Below, piece by piece: positions 1 through 10,399 of a stretch of DNA of 24,315 nt. The position numbers and the translations under genes are program-made. The first letter of the stretch is position 1. Every line of letters begins with the position of its first letter. This DNA is from Psammoneis japonica (Eukaryota). The stretch lies in assembly GCA_008632985.1 (NCBI GenBank), contig QPGO01000058.1, positions 434,001 through 458,315 on the forward strand, read 5' to 3'. Below the pieces are notes generated by a model. It was not told the origin of the DNA. It saw nothing but the letters and a program-made list of their open reading frames with translations, and made no database searches.

Positions 1-2950
1 TTGTCAGCCATGAGCATGTTGAGTTGATGTGTTGAAATTCATGAGATGATTTGAAAGCTTGTTGAAGCAGGAAGCTCCTCACATGCCTTGTGGAAATGCA
101 TTGTAAAAAAAGGGCAGACTGTGACTGTGTTGTGGAGAGTGGCAATTGTTGGAAGGGATGTTTGCGCATTGGTCACTCCCTCCATTTTGAAAGTGTCATT
201 GACCCTGAGCCATGACCCTTGCTGCTTGAGAAGTTGCAACAGGCACAAGGCAATGAGACTTTTTTCTGTGTTGTCTCTGCCACCAGTTTGTCTGAGCTCC
301 TTTTGTGGATTTGGTGCATGTCTGCATCTTTTTGTGGCTGAATGCATTGGAACAACAGACTCAAGACAATGGCGCAAAAGTTGTCAAGCAGAAATGATGG
401 AACAAATGCTCACACACCGCTGCAACCACACATGCACTGCACTTGACAAGCGCCATTGCAGCACACCAACAACAAGCTCAAACAAAGATTTGTGTTCTTG
501 AGAAATGAAATGAGCATGTCTTGAACAAGAGCAGCTGCAGTTGGCACAAGCCAGTGGCAAGCAAACTCTTTGTCTCAAGCAGAAAGTGGCTGAAATGTTG
601 GAGGATGTTCAGCAGCTGTTGTGAGAGGAACAAGAATGAGGTGAATTTTTGGAATGAATTGACAAGGCATGTGTGTCAGTGTTGATTTTGTTGTTGTTGT
701 TGTGTCTTTGCAGCATGCTCCATCTCAAGCAAAAAGCAATGGACATGTCAGAGGACTCTCAACAACCATTGTGAGTGAAAGAAACAAAAATGGGGGGAAT
801 TGTTGGAACAAGGCATGTGAGCAGCAGCACTTTGTTTTTCATTCTTGATGTTGTTGTGTCCCCCCTGGCAACACGCTTTTTCATCTCATTGCATTTCACA
901 GGGTGCAATGACATCTCAAGCAAAAAGTGATGGAAATGTGAGAGGACATTTAGCAGGAGCTTTGTGAGAGGAACAAGAGTGGAGCAAATTGTCAGAATGA
1001 CTTGAGGACAAGGCATGTGCAGCAGCGCTGTGAAGGAAAAGCAACAGAGCAAAAGTGTCCACACTCAGCCCTTTTTCCCAAAGTGCTCCCTCTGCACTGT
1101 TGCACACACTCTTCTTCTCCTTTGGAAATTCACAACTTTGTGCAAAGAAACAAGCTTGTCATGGAGAAGAATCCCTGCTCACTTTTCAAATGTGTCTGCT
1201 TGACATTGTGGAGCTGATCTTTGCTGATCAAACCAAGCTGTCTGCTGATGTCCAAGACCCTGATTTGCCTTTTTTATGCTTTGGATTGCAGCTGTCTGGC
1301 TTGCCATGAAAGAGGGAGGCAGGGGGGCAAGGTGCCATTTTGTTCCTGTCAAAGGTGAGTTGTGCAAAGAAAGCCACTGCCCCACAACCTGCAAGATTTG
1401 TGGGCTCTGCCACAAAGGAGACAACCTTGGCCATCACCTCATTGGCTGTCAGCCCATGGCTGTGTTGACTGTCTTTTGTGCCAACATGGCTGGCACTCTA
1501 ACTGCAGATGCTGAACTCTGGGCATTTCATCAAGGGGCGTGCTGGTGTCCTTTTGGGCTCTGAGGTCTTGCCATGATTCTCTGGATGCACACGGCTGGAG
1601 AGCTCAGCTCTCAAGCTGACAGACATTGCTGCATGCTCAACTGCATTGAGAACTGCTTTGTTGCTTTTGCCTTTTGAGCCACTCTTGCCATTGAAATCTC
1701 CAGCCTCTCTTGCACTCTTTTTCTGCCTTGCACAAATGCTTGTCACCATCGTTGCTGGCAAGAGAAGGTTGAGTCTCCTTTGAAGAGCCACGCAACAGCA
1801 TGCAGAGCATGTTCTTTTGCACATGTTGCCTCATGTCTTTTGCCATTCTTGCCTTTGCCACAACATTTGTGGCTCTTCTTGACAGCAAGGCCATGGTTGG
1901 TGCCTCAATTTTGTCATTTTCTTGGTTCTTCTGTGCATTGTCAGCATGCTTGAGGGTGCGCAAATTGCCTTTTTTGATGCTGCCAAAACAGAAAAGTTGG
2001 ATCATGAAGATGGATGTTTTGCCAAGTGGACCCATGACCTCCCAAGCAAGCTTGCAACTTTTCTTGACTCGTGGTTGGATGTCAGCTCCGTGCGGTGTCT
2101 TGTGTGTTCTTTGCCCCACTCATCACTTTGACCAAGATTGAGGAATCTCTGATTCTCTCCAGGGGCTCTTCACTGCTGGTTTGTTGCTTGGGACTCTGCT
2201 GTCACCATTTGTTCTCCATCTCCTGGCAGCTTCACATTTTGGCCTTCCCTGCTGCCTTCTTTTCCAACCCTCTCACCTGCGCTGGTCTCTGTTCCAGAGT
2301 CTGGGTCCTTGCTGCCAGCCACCTGCAAAGAGATTGCTGGTTTCAAGCACTGCAAGGCATGCACTGGAGCTGATGAGGAATGTGCTGCAAGAAAGATGGG
2401 TGACAACAACTTTGCCAGTTCACATCATCAGAGCTGGACACATTGCCAAGCACGCTGGTGCTTGAATTGGAGTCACACATTCTTGAAGAGATTGAGAAGC
2501 TCTAGAGGGAAATGGCTGTGCACAAGGCTGTTGTTGCAGAACTCTTGAGTGCTTTGGAGGTGCAAAAGCAGTGCTTGCTTGACAGCAAAGATGTCAAGGG
2601 TTCAGACTTGGCAGGCACTGATGAATTCCACGACAAAGCACAAACAACTCCACATGTCAACAAGCTTCCATGTCAACAAAGGTGTGAGGATGATCGATCA
2701 ACATTGTTCCTCTCATCTTCAGAGCAACCCAATTCATTTCATCAGCCCATGCGTGCCAACCTTGCACATGTCACATTGTGGATGAATGTCACTCGTGCAC
2801 TCTTGAAGAGATTGAGGAGCTCCAGAGGGAAATGGCTGCCCACAAGGCTGAAGTTGAAGAATGCTCACGTGCTTTGGAGGTGCAAAAGGCAGCAAGAGGG
2901 TTCGGACACAGCAGGCGAAGCACAAACGGTTCTACATTTCGCCGAGCTTC
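1..2950. repeat. Degenerate TpA- and CpG-depleted block (probable old repeat, transposon or relict gene region; family not identifiable)
   Basis: By eye about 5 TA and about 20 CG dinucleotides in 1-2900, with a strong excess of TG/CA. Normal composition resumes at ~2930-3100. It contains many overlapping Cys/His-rich ORFs with no recognisable domain. Confidence 0.65.
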
Positions 2951-3077
2951 CACATGAACAAAGAACTCATTAGTGAAGATGATTGATCAACATTGTTTCT
3001 CTTTCTTTCAGCCGCCCAATTCAACCACAGGTGGCAATCAGCCTGTGCCAACCTTGCACACATGCTACAGGTGGATG
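2481..3077 (+). repeat. Imperfect tandem duplication (~290-320 bp unit) with a relict coiled-coil-like reading frame
   Basis: tcttgaagagattgag..ctc.agagggaaatggctg..cacaaggctg at 2481 and 2801; gatgat.gatcaacattgtt at ~2690 and ~2978; gtgccaaccttgcaca at ~2753 and ~3045. The two copies translate as LEEIEKL*REMAVHKA and LEEIEELQREMAAHKA. Confidence 0.85.
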
Positions 3078-3504
3078 CCATTCCAACGTCGCCGAGCTTA
3101 CATTTGAGTTAAGACGACGGATCTAGCTATATCCCTTTTTCAGCCGCCTTGTTCAAGTTGAATTAATCTACCAACGGTCCATTGCTCCCAAGCTCGTACT
3201 GTACGTACTATCTGGCGAGTCCAACGACAAAGAAGAAAAAAGGTAAACACAGCACAATGATGCTGAAAGTTCGAAGCCTGCATATAAATTTATTTCCATT
3301 TCAAGCTACAGAAAGAAACGATACACTTCTTGGGAATCAACATCGTTGTCGCTTTGTTTGGGGCGTATCAGTGCAAATGATATCCGTCTGCCAACGCACA
3401 CTCTCGCTTATTCGGTATGAATAGGAATCAGATTTAGGTTGCAAAACAAGCAGTATCGGATCCGATCGAATCCAACAGCGTACCCCTTGATAGGCGGTAC
3501 ACAA

Positions 3505-4311
3505 CTATTGGAGCTTGCTAATCTTTTTGCTAGCCACGGACGAAACGATGGACGCCCAAAAGATCTCGGCACAGCTCAGTGCAAAGACTCTCCATTCAAG
3601 GGGAATGTTGTAAATCAGCACATTTGCAAAGGTCCAGACCTTGGCATTGTCCACAAGCAGACCTGGTACTTTTTGCTTTACAGTTTCAGGCATACTTCTC
3701 GGTAGATCTCCTCGCAACAGAGACGGGACTGGAATGTCCCACAGAGAATATACAATCGGGCAAGCGATGAATTGTTCCAACAAGATGCAAATGACGGTTC
3801 GTACAATCGCTTCATCGCTTCCTCCCCCGACAGCATCAAGAGTAGATAGCGCTTGTTGTGTTAATAAGGAAGCCCATCCATCCGCCATGTTGTACCAAGC
3901 TGCCCATATCAAACCACTACCGAGGCCCTTGATGATGAATCGGAGTGATCTGTTGGCATCGTAAAGGTCGTTCTTGTTGCTTTGCTCGTTGTTGTTTGCT
4001 GTCGATTGCGCAGCCAGATCCCCAATACCTGAAAACATTCCAAACGTTGCAGATTGGGTTACTAGTGGATAAGACGATACGAGATACTGATAATCCTGTG
4101 CGAGATCGGCCAGTGATGATGCGTACAACGGATCAGCACGGTGGGAAAGCACGGCATTTTGATTTTTCGTAAAAGCGGGCTTAACGTGACTCCATTTTGA
4201 TATCGAAGGCTTCTTCGTCGAAGCTGGGGTGCTTGTAAATGCCGACACGGATACAAGAGCGGTGATGAAGGCCGCAAAGAAGGTGAGGGAGCGTGATGTG
4301 ATGTTCGTCAT
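3505..4311 (-). CDS. Mpv17/PMP22 family membrane protein with probable bipartite plastid-targeting presequence
   Basis: Motifs YPLVTQSATFG..SGIGDLAAQ, D.NRSLRF, EQFIACP and KVWTFANVLIYNIPLEWRV match the Mpv17/PMP22 pattern. First ATG is at 4311. The hydrophobic signal peptide ends VSA-F, followed by an S/T/K-rich transit-like stretch. Confidence 0.85.
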   Translation of the reverse strand: MTNITSRSLTFFAAFITALVSVSAFTSTPASTKKPSISKWSHVKPAFTKNQNAVLSHRADPLYASSLADLAQDYQYLVSSYPLVTQSATFGMFSGIGDLAAQSTANNNEQSNKNDLYDANRSLRFIIKGLGSGLIWAAWYNMADGWASLLTQQALSTLDAVGGGSDEAIVRTVICILLEQFIACPIVYSLWDIPVPSLLRGDLPRSMPETVKQKVPGLLVDNAKVWTFANVLIYNIPLEWRVFALSCAEIFWASIVSSVASKKISKLQ

Positions 4312-5541
4312 TGCCGCCAACAAAATGCCTTTTTCTGCTGAAGACTTCTCAATTTTTTAGCGTTCGCATCGTCGCGCGCAACTGTATGTGGCGCAATGCA
4401 CGTTCCCGTAGAAGTGTGTAGAAACATACTGATGTATAGATTTACGTACAGGCGTCGTACAAAGAATCCCACGCAAACGTCATCATGATGTCGAAATGAC
4501 GAAGGCACAATCTGCGTCACGAAAACCCGGAAGTTTTATGCCTGTTTTTCTCAACGGAAATGTTTTACACTGAACAGATAATAGCGATCATTCTTATAAT
4601 CAATTTACATGTGTTAATTGTTATGAATTTATTTGATCGGAATAAACTTATGTTGCTTTGTGACGTGGTCAACGCATGTCACACCGATCTCTTTGGCCGA
4701 TAGTAAATTATGGAGTTACGACTAGCACAATGTGAACTGTAAAAAACGTCCCGAACACCCGTATCGCATTTTTTGGAAAACAATAATTAATGATAACGGT
4801 TTTTAGCAAATAATTAGGGCATTTTTACAGATGTAACCCATACAATTTGTACTCAAAAATCGATACTTGCAACACAATTAGAAGATTTTTTGAATGTTTC
4901 CTATTCAAATTGGAACTCAAATTTTGATATTACTTTTACAACTCCGACAGCTTCATAATCAATAAACAAGTTCGAATGTTTTATTAAAAGACGTGGCCGG
5001 CGTTTCGGTCCATTTTGGCGGCTCCGACATTTGAATTTACTTAACGCCAGACATTTCTATAGGACATCAGTTCTTTGAGCCATAAGTACGTAGACTGGTA
5101 CAAATTCTACAGCATGAGTCATGTGCAGTCATTTTACATACCAATCATTCAGACATTAACTATATATACAAATACAAAATATCCAGTTCGTTATGGTCTA
5201 TTTTGCACATTGTGCTAGTCGTAGCCTCATATGAAACTATTTGGCGTGGCAGATGACCACCTGTTTTCGAGCTGTTTTTCCATCAAAGAGAGCTTTTCCC
5301 AGCTTTAACGATTGCATTCTTACAAAGCAAATATTTGGCAAGGAAAGAGGAAAGTGTCGGTATCGTTGTGGGTCATAACCAAGTGATCTCATCAGCCAAA
5401 GTCCGCAAATATCAACAAGAATCGAAATCGTCGTCGTATTCCTCATTGGGTACTGCTGAAGTCAACAGCCAAATCTTCGGCATTCTTGCTCTGCTACTTG
5501 CACACCAAACTTATTTCACTACGCGCACCACAGTCACCACC

Positions 5542-6213
5542 ATGCCCCCAAGCAATTTTGAAATCGAAGAGGCTCTCGCTGCACCTCACGACGAGCTTGC
5601 TGCACTTGGCAGTCCTAAAGGGTTTCCAGATCCGCTGGTTCCGATTCAATCCGAGCTTGATATTACATCAAAGGAGATTGAGGAATGTTTGACTGCATCG
5701 ATACCCGACGATCATGTCTTTCTCGAAATGGAAACTACAATGACTGAACCAACCATGGAAGAGAGTGTTATCTCCGAATGGGACGCTGCCTCTGATAATG
5801 TACAAATTGTCACACCCATTGTTTCAACACCCCCAAGACGATCACCAAAAGCCCAGAAACGCAGAGTCTCCTTTGCCTCTTTGCATGTTCGCGAATACTC
5901 ACAGGTCCTAGGCGACCATCCATGCTGCTCCTACGGACCTCCGGTGTCTTTGGGTTGGGATTACAATGTCATGGACAGTGTTTCTTTGGAAACGTATGAA
6001 GCAACGAGACCTCGTCGGCGAACACGTCAGCAGTTGAGAATGACATTCCACGAAAGACGATCCGTTCTCTTGTCGCATTCGGACGGTGACATGCGACGTG
6101 CTCAACGAAAGATTTATCGAGAGAGGCCCATGAACGAAAAGAGACAAAAGCTTTTCTTTCAACCCACACCTCCGCCACCACCACCTCACATGTTTATGCG
6201 AGCAACCGAGTAA
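5542..6213 (+). CDS. Uncharacterised protein of the stramenopile/diatom RVxF-'REY..LGDHP..GPPVSLGW.Y' family
   Basis: ATG at 5542 inside ORF 5335-6213. An acidic N-terminus is followed by KRRVSF...VREYSQVLGDHPCCSYGPPVSLGWDY...YEATRPRRR, a motif recurrent in diatom hypothetical proteins. Confidence 0.8.
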   Translation: MPPSNFEIEEALAAPHDELAALGSPKGFPDPLVPIQSELDITSKEIEECLTASIPDDHVFLEMETTMTEPTMEESVISEWDAASDNVQIVTPIVSTPPRRSPKAQKRRVSFASLHVREYSQVLGDHPCCSYGPPVSLGWDYNVMDSVSLETYEATRPRRRTRQQLRMTFHERRSVLLSHSDGDMRRAQRKIYRERPMNEKRQKLFFQPTPPPPPPHMFMRATE

Positions 6214-6377
6214 GAAATGGAAATTCATAATAATGATGATGGCCTCATGCTAGAGCGATGATTTTTGATTAATAAGAACCGAGCTAACAGTGTTAATAAG
6301 CCAACGATGTTTATACATGCCCCTCCTCGCAGCTAGCGTTTAGATCATCTACATCAGTAAATTGCACAAGATCATGG

Positions 6378-7169
6378 TCATATGATGCCTTCCTTGCGCA
6401 ATAGACCCGTATAAAGTGCAGCATCTGAATCGATTGGTTGACTAACTTGTATCTGTACAACTTGTCGTGTTGCTTCATCCCATACGCCTGTTCCCTCCAC
6501 TTGACACAACGCCACCTCGTGATCTCCCGCTGGAGTTGTGGACAAGAGTCGAAGCAGGACGTAGGAAGCGCAATTTGGAAGCAAATCAAGCGACTCTAAC
6601 ACTCTGCTTCGAGTTTTGTAATGCAAAGGGATTAGAAATCCAGCATCAATGCTGCTGCGGCGAGATACATAGACTACTTACTTGCCGTTTTGTGAAAGGA
6701 ACGACTCCTGCCCTTTCGCGTTGTCAGAGCGATGCTTGAACCATTCATATCCCAGCTTCGCACAATCCTTTCGTTTCGATACTCCTTCTTGATATCCACT
6801 TTGTTTCCCTAAAATAGGAACCAAATCCTTTTGTTTTGGAGTCAAGAGTTGCAACACTCCGAAACCAGACTCGTTCATGGATTGATGTGTTAGTGTGTTG
6901 TAGTACAAGGACACAACCCACAATTTTGGTGGCTCGACAGAAACCGGCGTTGCAGATGTCACAATGTTCATGGATGTTTCCTTTTCCACTGTATCTGGAG
7001 AGGACGAAACTATAGGGCATGCCAAGGACCACACCGGCATGGATATCGGAGGGGGCGGCGGAATCTTGTTGCCCGCCGCAAATGCCGGAAAACGTGGATT
7101 GTGCCCTCTACCTTCTGCTTCAATTATCCCAGTGACGACAAGAACGAGAAAATACGCCAGATTTCGCAT
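6378..7169 (-). CDS. Flavin reductase-like (FMN-binding split barrel) protein; 2 exons (7169-6682, 6603-6378)
   Basis: Exon 1 has PVWSLA..TSMNIVTSATPVS..LLTPKQKDLVPILGKQSG. Intron 6681-6604 (78 bp, GTAAGT...GCAG, branch-like TTCTAAT) joins it in frame to exon 2, which has AGDHEVALCQV and LYTGLLRKEGII*. The N-terminus is signal-like. Confidence 0.8.
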
Positions 7170-7381
7170 GACCCTGCTGTTGTCTCTGACAAACTATCTT
7201 GGAGCAGGCGATCTTGGTGTCTGTAATTACCTTCCCGCGTTGTCGCCCTCATCGTCGAAACGAAAACGTTGATGGCTTGATGGCAACCGATGACCACTTG
7301 ACGGCCGCATGGCAGACAGATAGATGCCATTGCGACGGACCGACGCCGGCATCGACGAATTGATAGATAGAGTGACTCTCA

Positions 7382-7397
7382 CTCTAGGGCCCTAGAG
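7382..7397. repeat. Perfect 16-bp palindrome CTCTAGGGCCCTAGAG in an intergenic region
   Basis: Read directly. Flanked by agagtgactctcactct and a further ctctctagac at ~7431. Confidence 0.8.
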
Positions 7398-7534
7398 CAC
7401 TCGAAATCGAAAGCGCTGCCTTCAAGCCTTCTCTCTAGACAAAATCAACCCCATCACCTCCCGCATCTATTATCTGTATCCCTATGACTGATATAACGTC
7501 TACAGATGCAATTTCTTTCCCCATTATTGCGACC

Positions 7535-8167
7535 CTACTTCTTTTCCTTTCTAAGTTGTTCAAGAATTGTTTGATCGCTTTCGCACCATAGTGTCCCAAC
7601 TTGGTACTTCCCAAAGGCCCAGAGATACGGAAATTTTATCTCGGACGCAGGAGCCAGCACATGAAGATGTAAATGGTCGACGGAATTAAAGGGGGGAAGG
7701 TGAAAGCACAGTATGTAATCATGCGACGCATAGGCATCTGGATACTGTTGTCGAATCAAGTACAATCCCATGGCTCGCATGTTTTGTAGCAAAGGTATAT
7801 CTTCTGGAGTCAAGTCATTGACTGTTGGAATGTATCGTTTGGGAATGACAAGGGCGTGAAGTGGAGCTCTGGGCGTGCGATCCACAAATGCCAGCAACTC
7901 GTCGCTTTCTGCAAGCGTTTCAGCTGGCAACTCCCCGTTTAGTATTCTGCCAAAGACACTTGGATTCTCGTCGTAATTGACACCAGGTGGCGACTCATGT
8001 TCTAAACAGACCTTTTCTCTCTTTGAGCCAGGATCATTATCTGTATTGGAGCTCTGAAGGCCAGTGTTGTAGGGCTCCATGCTGCATGGCTCTCGTGCGA
8101 GCCGGTTGCCGGCAAACAAGGCAAGGAAACAATGACAGACCATTTTTCCTCGAGTAATAAAAATCAT
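7535..8167 (-). CDS. Histidine triad (HIT) nucleotide-binding hydrolase, HINT/HINT3-like
   Basis: SVFGRIL, LLAFVDRTPRAPLHALVIPKRYI and FHLPPFNSVDHLHLHVL (HxHxH triad). The start is uncertain: ATG at 8167, 8143 or further downstream. Confidence 0.9.
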   Translation of the reverse strand: MIFITRGKMVCHCFLALFAGNRLAREPCSMEPYNTGLQSSNTDNDPGSKREKVCLEHESPPGVNYDENPSVFGRILNGELPAETLAESDELLAFVDRTPRAPLHALVIPKRYIPTVNDLTPEDIPLLQNMRAMGLYLIRQQYPDAYASHDYILCFHLPPFNSVDHLHLHVLAPASEIKFPYLWAFGKYQVGTLWCESDQTILEQLRKEKK

Positions 8168-8556
8168 CAAACCAACAAGCGTCTAGTAGACAATGCTTCA
8201 AGAGCAAGAGAGAAGAGAAGTTCAAAAGTACAGCGGCCGAAGCCAACAAACAAACAACAAATCAGCCAGCGCCCAGCGCCGGTGTTCAGTGTGTTGTCGT
8301 GTCGGTTGTCGGCGTTGCGTCGTCCAAGGCGCGCATAAGGCGCGCGATCCGATGTTTCTACTGGCAACGGACGGACCTTGGATGGAGATTTGTCGATTTC
8401 AAAAATCTCTGACGTCAGCACGCACTGGAGTGCGTGCGGAGTGCGGAGGAAAAATTCCAGGAAAGGATGCACAATGGCCAATGGGACGATGGTGCGAGCG
8501 AGAACGTCGCTGCTGTCGTCTTGTGCTCGCACTTCTCCGAGTAGTCGTGCGGTGTT

Positions 8557-10143
8557 TTGCCTGTTGAAGTCGTTTTCAAGTTCTCATCGTACTACGTAGA
8601 CGACGAGCCACCTGCCCTTGTCCGATTGGAAGAGGCGCGACTGGGCTACAGGCGCACCACGCTTACGAAACCTCTGAATTTGACTGTGAACCACCCTACT
8701 TGGGGCGGGCACGTTTTGTTGGGACGAAACGGCTTGGGAAAAACTCTGCTATCGAATGCGCTTGTGTCCCATGGTGACGGGGATTATTTGCACGAAGGAA
8801 ATTTCATAACAGATGAGAATCGTCAGTTTAGCAGTTCAACCATGACTGCTCATGTTTCGTTCGAATCTCACGAAGCACTCTTAGAGGAAGGTGGTACAAC
8901 TTATCGTGCCATTGGAACGGGAAATCTCAACAAGGCTGCTCAGTTTCTCATTGTTCGCTTTGGGTTATTCCCCCTCTTGCATCGCGAGGTGTCGACTCTT
9001 TCTACCGGTGAAATTCGAAAAGTTCTGTTGGTTCGCGCTCTATCGAACCGTCCTCGATTGCTTGTCTTAGATAATGCTTTTGATGGACTTGATGTACCGT
9101 CGCGACAAAATTTAAAGGACCTGGTATCAAAGACACTGAACGGGTTTCGAGCAGACATTTTAGTGCAGGGCGTCAATGCCAGTGCTACAGCTCATACGCA
9201 GGTTCTCATGATTACGCAACGAGCAGAAGAAATTGTGAAGGAGATTCAGACTGTATCATTTCTAGACAAGGAGCAAAATCTCGTGACTGAGGCTCGCGAC
9301 AAACGATCTAGTATGGAACTCTTGTCTCGCGCTCTTTCTTTGGATGAGAGTGAAAGCAGCATCAACGGCGACTACTGGAATGATGCTACCTTGCAGCTGC
9401 CAAGTGTGGACAGTATATCTTCCTGGTGGCAAAGTGGGAGAGATAAACGATCGAAAACAGAAGAATCTTCTCAGATCCTGGTGCGGGTGAAAGGGCTCTT
9501 TCACGAACGTGGCGACGCTACGCTCATCCACAGTTTAAGCTGGTCCGTTCAGAGAGGAGAACGATGGCTTGTTGCAGGTGCCAATGGCTCTGGGAAGTCA
9601 ACTCTCAGTCGACTTGTTGCCAAATACAAGGAGCAAGGTGTGACTCAACATTCAACCGGCATTCTTGATGTCACTTCCAAAAACATTGGTTGGGTTTCTA
9701 CTGAACTTCACATGTCCATGGCTCGCTCAAACAAGGTAACCATGCAGGTTTTACAAAACAACGGAAAGACGCCTCCAGACGTTGCTATTTCAGTTTTAAA
9801 ATGGTTGCAACTCGACGAATCTATTTTATCTCGCCCATTTGCAGAGCTGTCGCAAGGGCAGCAGAAACTCGTGTTGGTAGCAGCTGCGCTCGCTTTTCGT
9901 CCTGAACTGCTGGTTCTAGACGAGCCTTGTCAGGGTCTGGATTTGATTCATCGACAGCGAATGCTTGCCCTCGTGGAACGTGTTTGTCAGGCAACTGACA
10001 TGAGCCTTGTGTACATTACGCATCATATTGAAGAAATGCTTCCTTCGGTCGGTCACGTTTTGCATTTGCAGGACGGAAGAGCAGTTTTTAATGGCAGACG
10101 CCAAGACTACGACCCCGAAGCTGTTGGTGAAATCTATTTATAG
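8557..10143 (+). CDS. modF: ModF-like soluble ABC protein with two ATPase domains (true start upstream and unresolved)
   Basis: NBD1: GRNGLGKT, LSTGEIRK, LVLDNAFDGLD. NBD2: GANGSGKST, LSQGQQKL, LVLDEPCQGLD, YITHH. No transmembrane segments. The motif pattern closely resembles bacterial ModF. There is no in-frame ATG before Walker A, and an in-frame TAG lies at 8542. Confidence 0.8.
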   Translation: MPVEVVFKFSSYYVDDEPPALVRLEEARLGYRRTTLTKPLNLTVNHPTWGGHVLLGRNGLGKTLLSNALVSHGDGDYLHEGNFITDENRQFSSSTMTAHVSFESHEALLEEGGTTYRAIGTGNLNKAAQFLIVRFGLFPLLHREVSTLSTGEIRKVLLVRALSNRPRLLVLDNAFDGLDVPSRQNLKDLVSKTLNGFRADILVQGVNASATAHTQVLMITQRAEEIVKEIQTVSFLDKEQNLVTEARDKRSSMELLSRALSLDESESSINGDYWNDATLQLPSVDSISSWWQSGRDKRSKTEESSQILVRVKGLFHERGDATLIHSLSWSVQRGERWLVAGANGSGKSTLSRLVAKYKEQGVTQHSTGILDVTSKNIGWVSTELHMSMARSNKVTMQVLQNNGKTPPDVAISVLKWLQLDESILSRPFAELSQGQQKLVLVAAALAFRPELLVLDEPCQGLDLIHRQRMLALVERVCQATDMSLVYITHHIEEMLPSVGHVLHLQDGRAVFNGRRQDYDPEAVGEIYL

Positions 10144-10399
10144 AATCCTTAATGACTTAGCCTCAAAGACCAGTCAGCCTGAGACAACAGCATCGGACGT
10201 TCTCCCACAGGTTTCCTTCAAGGTTGTCATCAAACCGTCAGAATCGTACCTTCCAGATTCAAGCAATAGTTTGCATGTAAATCACGGCATTTGAGTGCAA
10301 CGCCAATTCTCCAATGTTTCTTCGTAAGCAAGAGCGCATCGGGAATAACAATTTTGGAGCACTGCAATGGAAAGTAACTAGCAGAACAAGAAAAGAACG

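Noticed and set aside
39..2973. Dense set of overlapping Cys/His-rich ORFs on both strands
   Set aside because: Loss of TA removes TAA and TAG stops and TG/CA excess inflates Cys/His, so the ORFs are a compositional by-product with no recognisable domain.
7535..10143. HIT plus ModF-like genes as a bacterial contaminant or operon
   Set aside because: The genes are divergent and sit among intron-containing genes with eukaryotic targeting peptides and similar composition.
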